Positions 59,784 through 61,811 of a stretch of DNA of 61,811 nucleotides are shown one piece after another. The position numbers and the translations under genes are program-made. Position 1 is the first letter of the stretch; the number at the start of each line of letters is the position of its first letter. This DNA is from Pseudomonadota bacterium (lineage in GTDB: Bacteria > Pseudomonadota > Gammaproteobacteria > GCA-002705445 > GCA-002716945), in NCBI GenBank assembly GCA_036163455.1, contig JAYZKL010000035.1:1-61811 (forward strand). The letters are read 5' to 3'. Under the pieces are notes generated by a model. That model had not been told where the DNA came from and searched no databases. It saw only the letters and a program-made list of their open reading frames with translations.

Positions 59784-60566
59784 ATGAATTTATACTTGTT
59801 ATATTTTTTTACTGGCACTCTGGGTGGCTTTTTTGGAGGATTGCTCGGACTTGGTGGGGGAATAATTTTTGTACCTTTTTTGTTTTTTATTTTTAACCAC
59901 TTTGATATACATTCTACCCATATTATGCAAAGCGCAATATGTACATCTCTTGCGTGTATAGTCATTTCAAGTTTATCTTCAACATATAAACATAATAAAA
60001 ATAAACTTATTGACTGGAGTATATTTAAAAAAATGCTAATAGGTTTATTAATTGGTTCTGCATTTGGTATAGCAGTTATAAGTTATTTAACTAGTGATTT
60101 ATTGAAATACTATTATGGATTCTTTTTGATCGTAATTTCTTTCTATATTTTTTTATCTAAAGAAAAAACAATTAATACTGCAAAAGAATTTAAATATATT
60201 AGATTATTTTCTTTGTTTACAGGTTTTTTAAGCTCAGTTCTTGGAATTGGTGGAGGAACTATAACTACCCCCTATATGAGATACCATGGTAAACCAATTA
60301 AAGAATGTATCGCCACTGCCGCCGCATGTGGCATCCCAATTGCCATTGTTTCTGTCTTAGTTTCTATACTAATTAATATTAATCTATCAATATTAGATAA
60401 TATTATTGGATTTATTCATTTAGAAAGTTTTATCATTATATCTATTGCAAGTTTATTTTTTTCGTACTTAGGTGCATCAGTGACGTATGTAGCAAATTCT
60501 TTTTTTATAAGATCTGTTTTTAGTACTACTGTTTTAATAATGGGGTTGATAATAATCTCTAGTTGA
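59784..60566 (+). CDS. TauE/SafE-family (sulfite exporter-like) anion permease
   Basis: 260 aa, 7-8 TM, with duplicated GG.LGLGGG / LGIGGG glycine-rich motifs. Confidence 0.75.
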   Translation: MNLYLLYFFTGTLGGFFGGLLGLGGGIIFVPFLFFIFNHFDIHSTHIMQSAICTSLACIVISSLSSTYKHNKNKLIDWSIFKKMLIGLLIGSAFGIAVISYLTSDLLKYYYGFFLIVISFYIFLSKEKTINTAKEFKYIRLFSLFTGFLSSVLGIGGGTITTPYMRYHGKPIKECIATAAACGIPIAIVSVLVSILININLSILDNIIGFIHLESFIIISIASLFFSYLGASVTYVANSFFIRSVFSTTVLIMGLIIISS

Positions 60567-61736
60567 GAGATTTTTCAAAGTAGAAACACCTGTAGCTTCG
60601 CGTATGATCTCTGATTTTAAGAATGAATTATCATCAAATATTTTTACTAAAGATTTCTTCACAATAGATGGAATAAAATTTTCTTCATAAAACTTCTTTA
60701 AGAAGTTTACTGTATTCATAATTTTCTTATTTTGTTGTCCAGACAATATTTTATAATAATTTAGAAAACTAGAATCTATTGTATTAGAAAATGAGAAATA
60801 TTTTTCAAAAGCTAAATCTAAAAAGAACACATCTTGAATCCCCATATTCAATCCTAATCCAGCAAGCGGATGTATTGTATGTGCAGCATCTCCAATAAAT
60901 ATGATTTTATCTTTTGTATTTGATTCTAAATATGAATGCGAAAGGGGAAATTTTGATATAGATGAAATTGAGGTAATATGTCCAATGTTGTTAGATAAAT
61001 CATTATTTAGAATTCTTAATAAATTAGACTTTTTTGATTTGATTAATTTCTCACTATTTTCTTTATCAGTAGACCATATTAAATTATAGGTATTTCCATT
61101 GATCGGTAATAAGCCTTGCACATCTCCTCTATTGAATCGTTGGTAAGATGTATTGCGTGTAATATAATCTTTAATTTGAACATTCATCACAATTGCATTC
61201 TGATCATAACTTACAAAATTGTTATTTACATTTAAAATATTAACTACATCAGATGATTTTCCATCAGCGGCAACTAAAATATCAAAATAAATTTTATGAT
61301 TATCAGAAATCACATAAGGTTTGCCTGCTTCATTCTTTATGTCAATTGATTTAACATTCTTGAAATAGGAAATATATTTATTTTGATTTATTTCTTTGAG
61401 TAATATTTTCTTTATCTCGGACTCTTTTATAATATAACCTAGATAATCAAAAGAAATGGACTGAGAATTAAATGTTACTTCGCTCCCAGAGAAAGAATCC
61501 CAAGCAATAATTTTATTAAAAGGATTAATACATTTTTCATCAATAAATTCCCAGACTCCATGAGACATCAAAACATGTTTTGAAAGTAAATTAATAGAAA
61601 AATATCTTTCTATCTTAGATTCCTTATTAGCTTGTTTTCCAATATTGATGAGCGTGACGTCATGATTATATTTGGCGCTAGTTAGAGCTGATAATAGGCC
61701 TACAATTCCATCACCAATTACTACTACTTTTTTCAT
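60534..61736 (-). CDS. FAD-dependent ubiquinone-biosynthesis hydroxylase (UbiH/UbiF/VisC/COQ6 family)
   Basis: N-terminal VVVIGDGIVGL (GxGxxG), and IGDAAHTIHPLAGLGLNMGIQD. Which paralog it is cannot be decided here. Confidence 0.85.
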   Translation of the reverse strand: MKKVVVIGDGIVGLLSALTSAKYNHDVTLINIGKQANKESKIERYFSINLLSKHVLMSHGVWEFIDEKCINPFNKIIAWDSFSGSEVTFNSQSISFDYLGYIIKESEIKKILLKEINQNKYISYFKNVKSIDIKNEAGKPYVISDNHKIYFDILVAADGKSSDVVNILNVNNNFVSYDQNAIVMNVQIKDYITRNTSYQRFNRGDVQGLLPINGNTYNLIWSTDKENSEKLIKSKKSNLLRILNNDLSNNIGHITSISSISKFPLSHSYLESNTKDKIIFIGDAAHTIHPLAGLGLNMGIQDVFFLDLAFEKYFSFSNTIDSSFLNYYKILSGQQNKKIMNTVNFLKKFYEENFIPSIVKKSLVKIFDDNSFLKSEIIREATGVSTLKNLSTRDYYQPHY

Positions 61737-61811
61737 TTTCTTAACCTTTGATTGTGAGGTATGAGCAATTATCTATTCCTAAAACTTTTTTAAGGAATTT
61801 GAGTTTGGATT

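Overview
This is a 61.8-kb, very AT-rich and extremely gene-dense piece of core chromosome. My hand counts of single 60-nt lines give about 23-35% GC in most genes. Gene content and local synteny match a Pseudomonas-like gammaproteobacterial backbone: gshA/gshB-ruvX-pyrB; yggS-proC-yggT-metX-metW; asmA-like-mutY-yggX; dsbA-cytochrome c4-polA-thrB; ubiE-ubiJ-ubiB; gmk-rpoZ-spoT; lgt-thyA-folA; thiE-hemL. I read it as a genome-streamlined, probably free-living marine gammaproteobacterium, but the exact taxon cannot be determined from this window. I call 67 CDS, 2 tRNAs (Phe-GAA, Arg-CCG) and a few regulatory sites. Most intergenic gaps are 0-120 bp, and many genes overlap at their start or stop codons. 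I see no transposase, integrase, phage genes, CRISPR array, toxin-antitoxin pair or recognisable defence genes. I cannot point to a convincing self-contained novel multi-gene system. The best leads are: (1) the largest non-coding gap (413 bp, 20028-20440) carries three tightly packed DnaA boxes next to priA and may be an oriC or DnaA control region; (2) a putative outer-membrane porin and a P-II gene form an operon with no amtB, behind a sigma-54-type promoter and an NtrC-like site; (3) a TPR/2OG-oxygenase-like fusion protein sits 7 nt downstream of an operon-embedded tRNA-Phe; (4) a SpeD homolog has a non-canonical ETSH processing motif; (5) a GC-elevated cluster encodes serine-glyoxylate aminotransferase, hydroxypyruvate reductase and glycerate kinase. 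All functional calls rest on motif recognition and synteny by eye. No database search was run.
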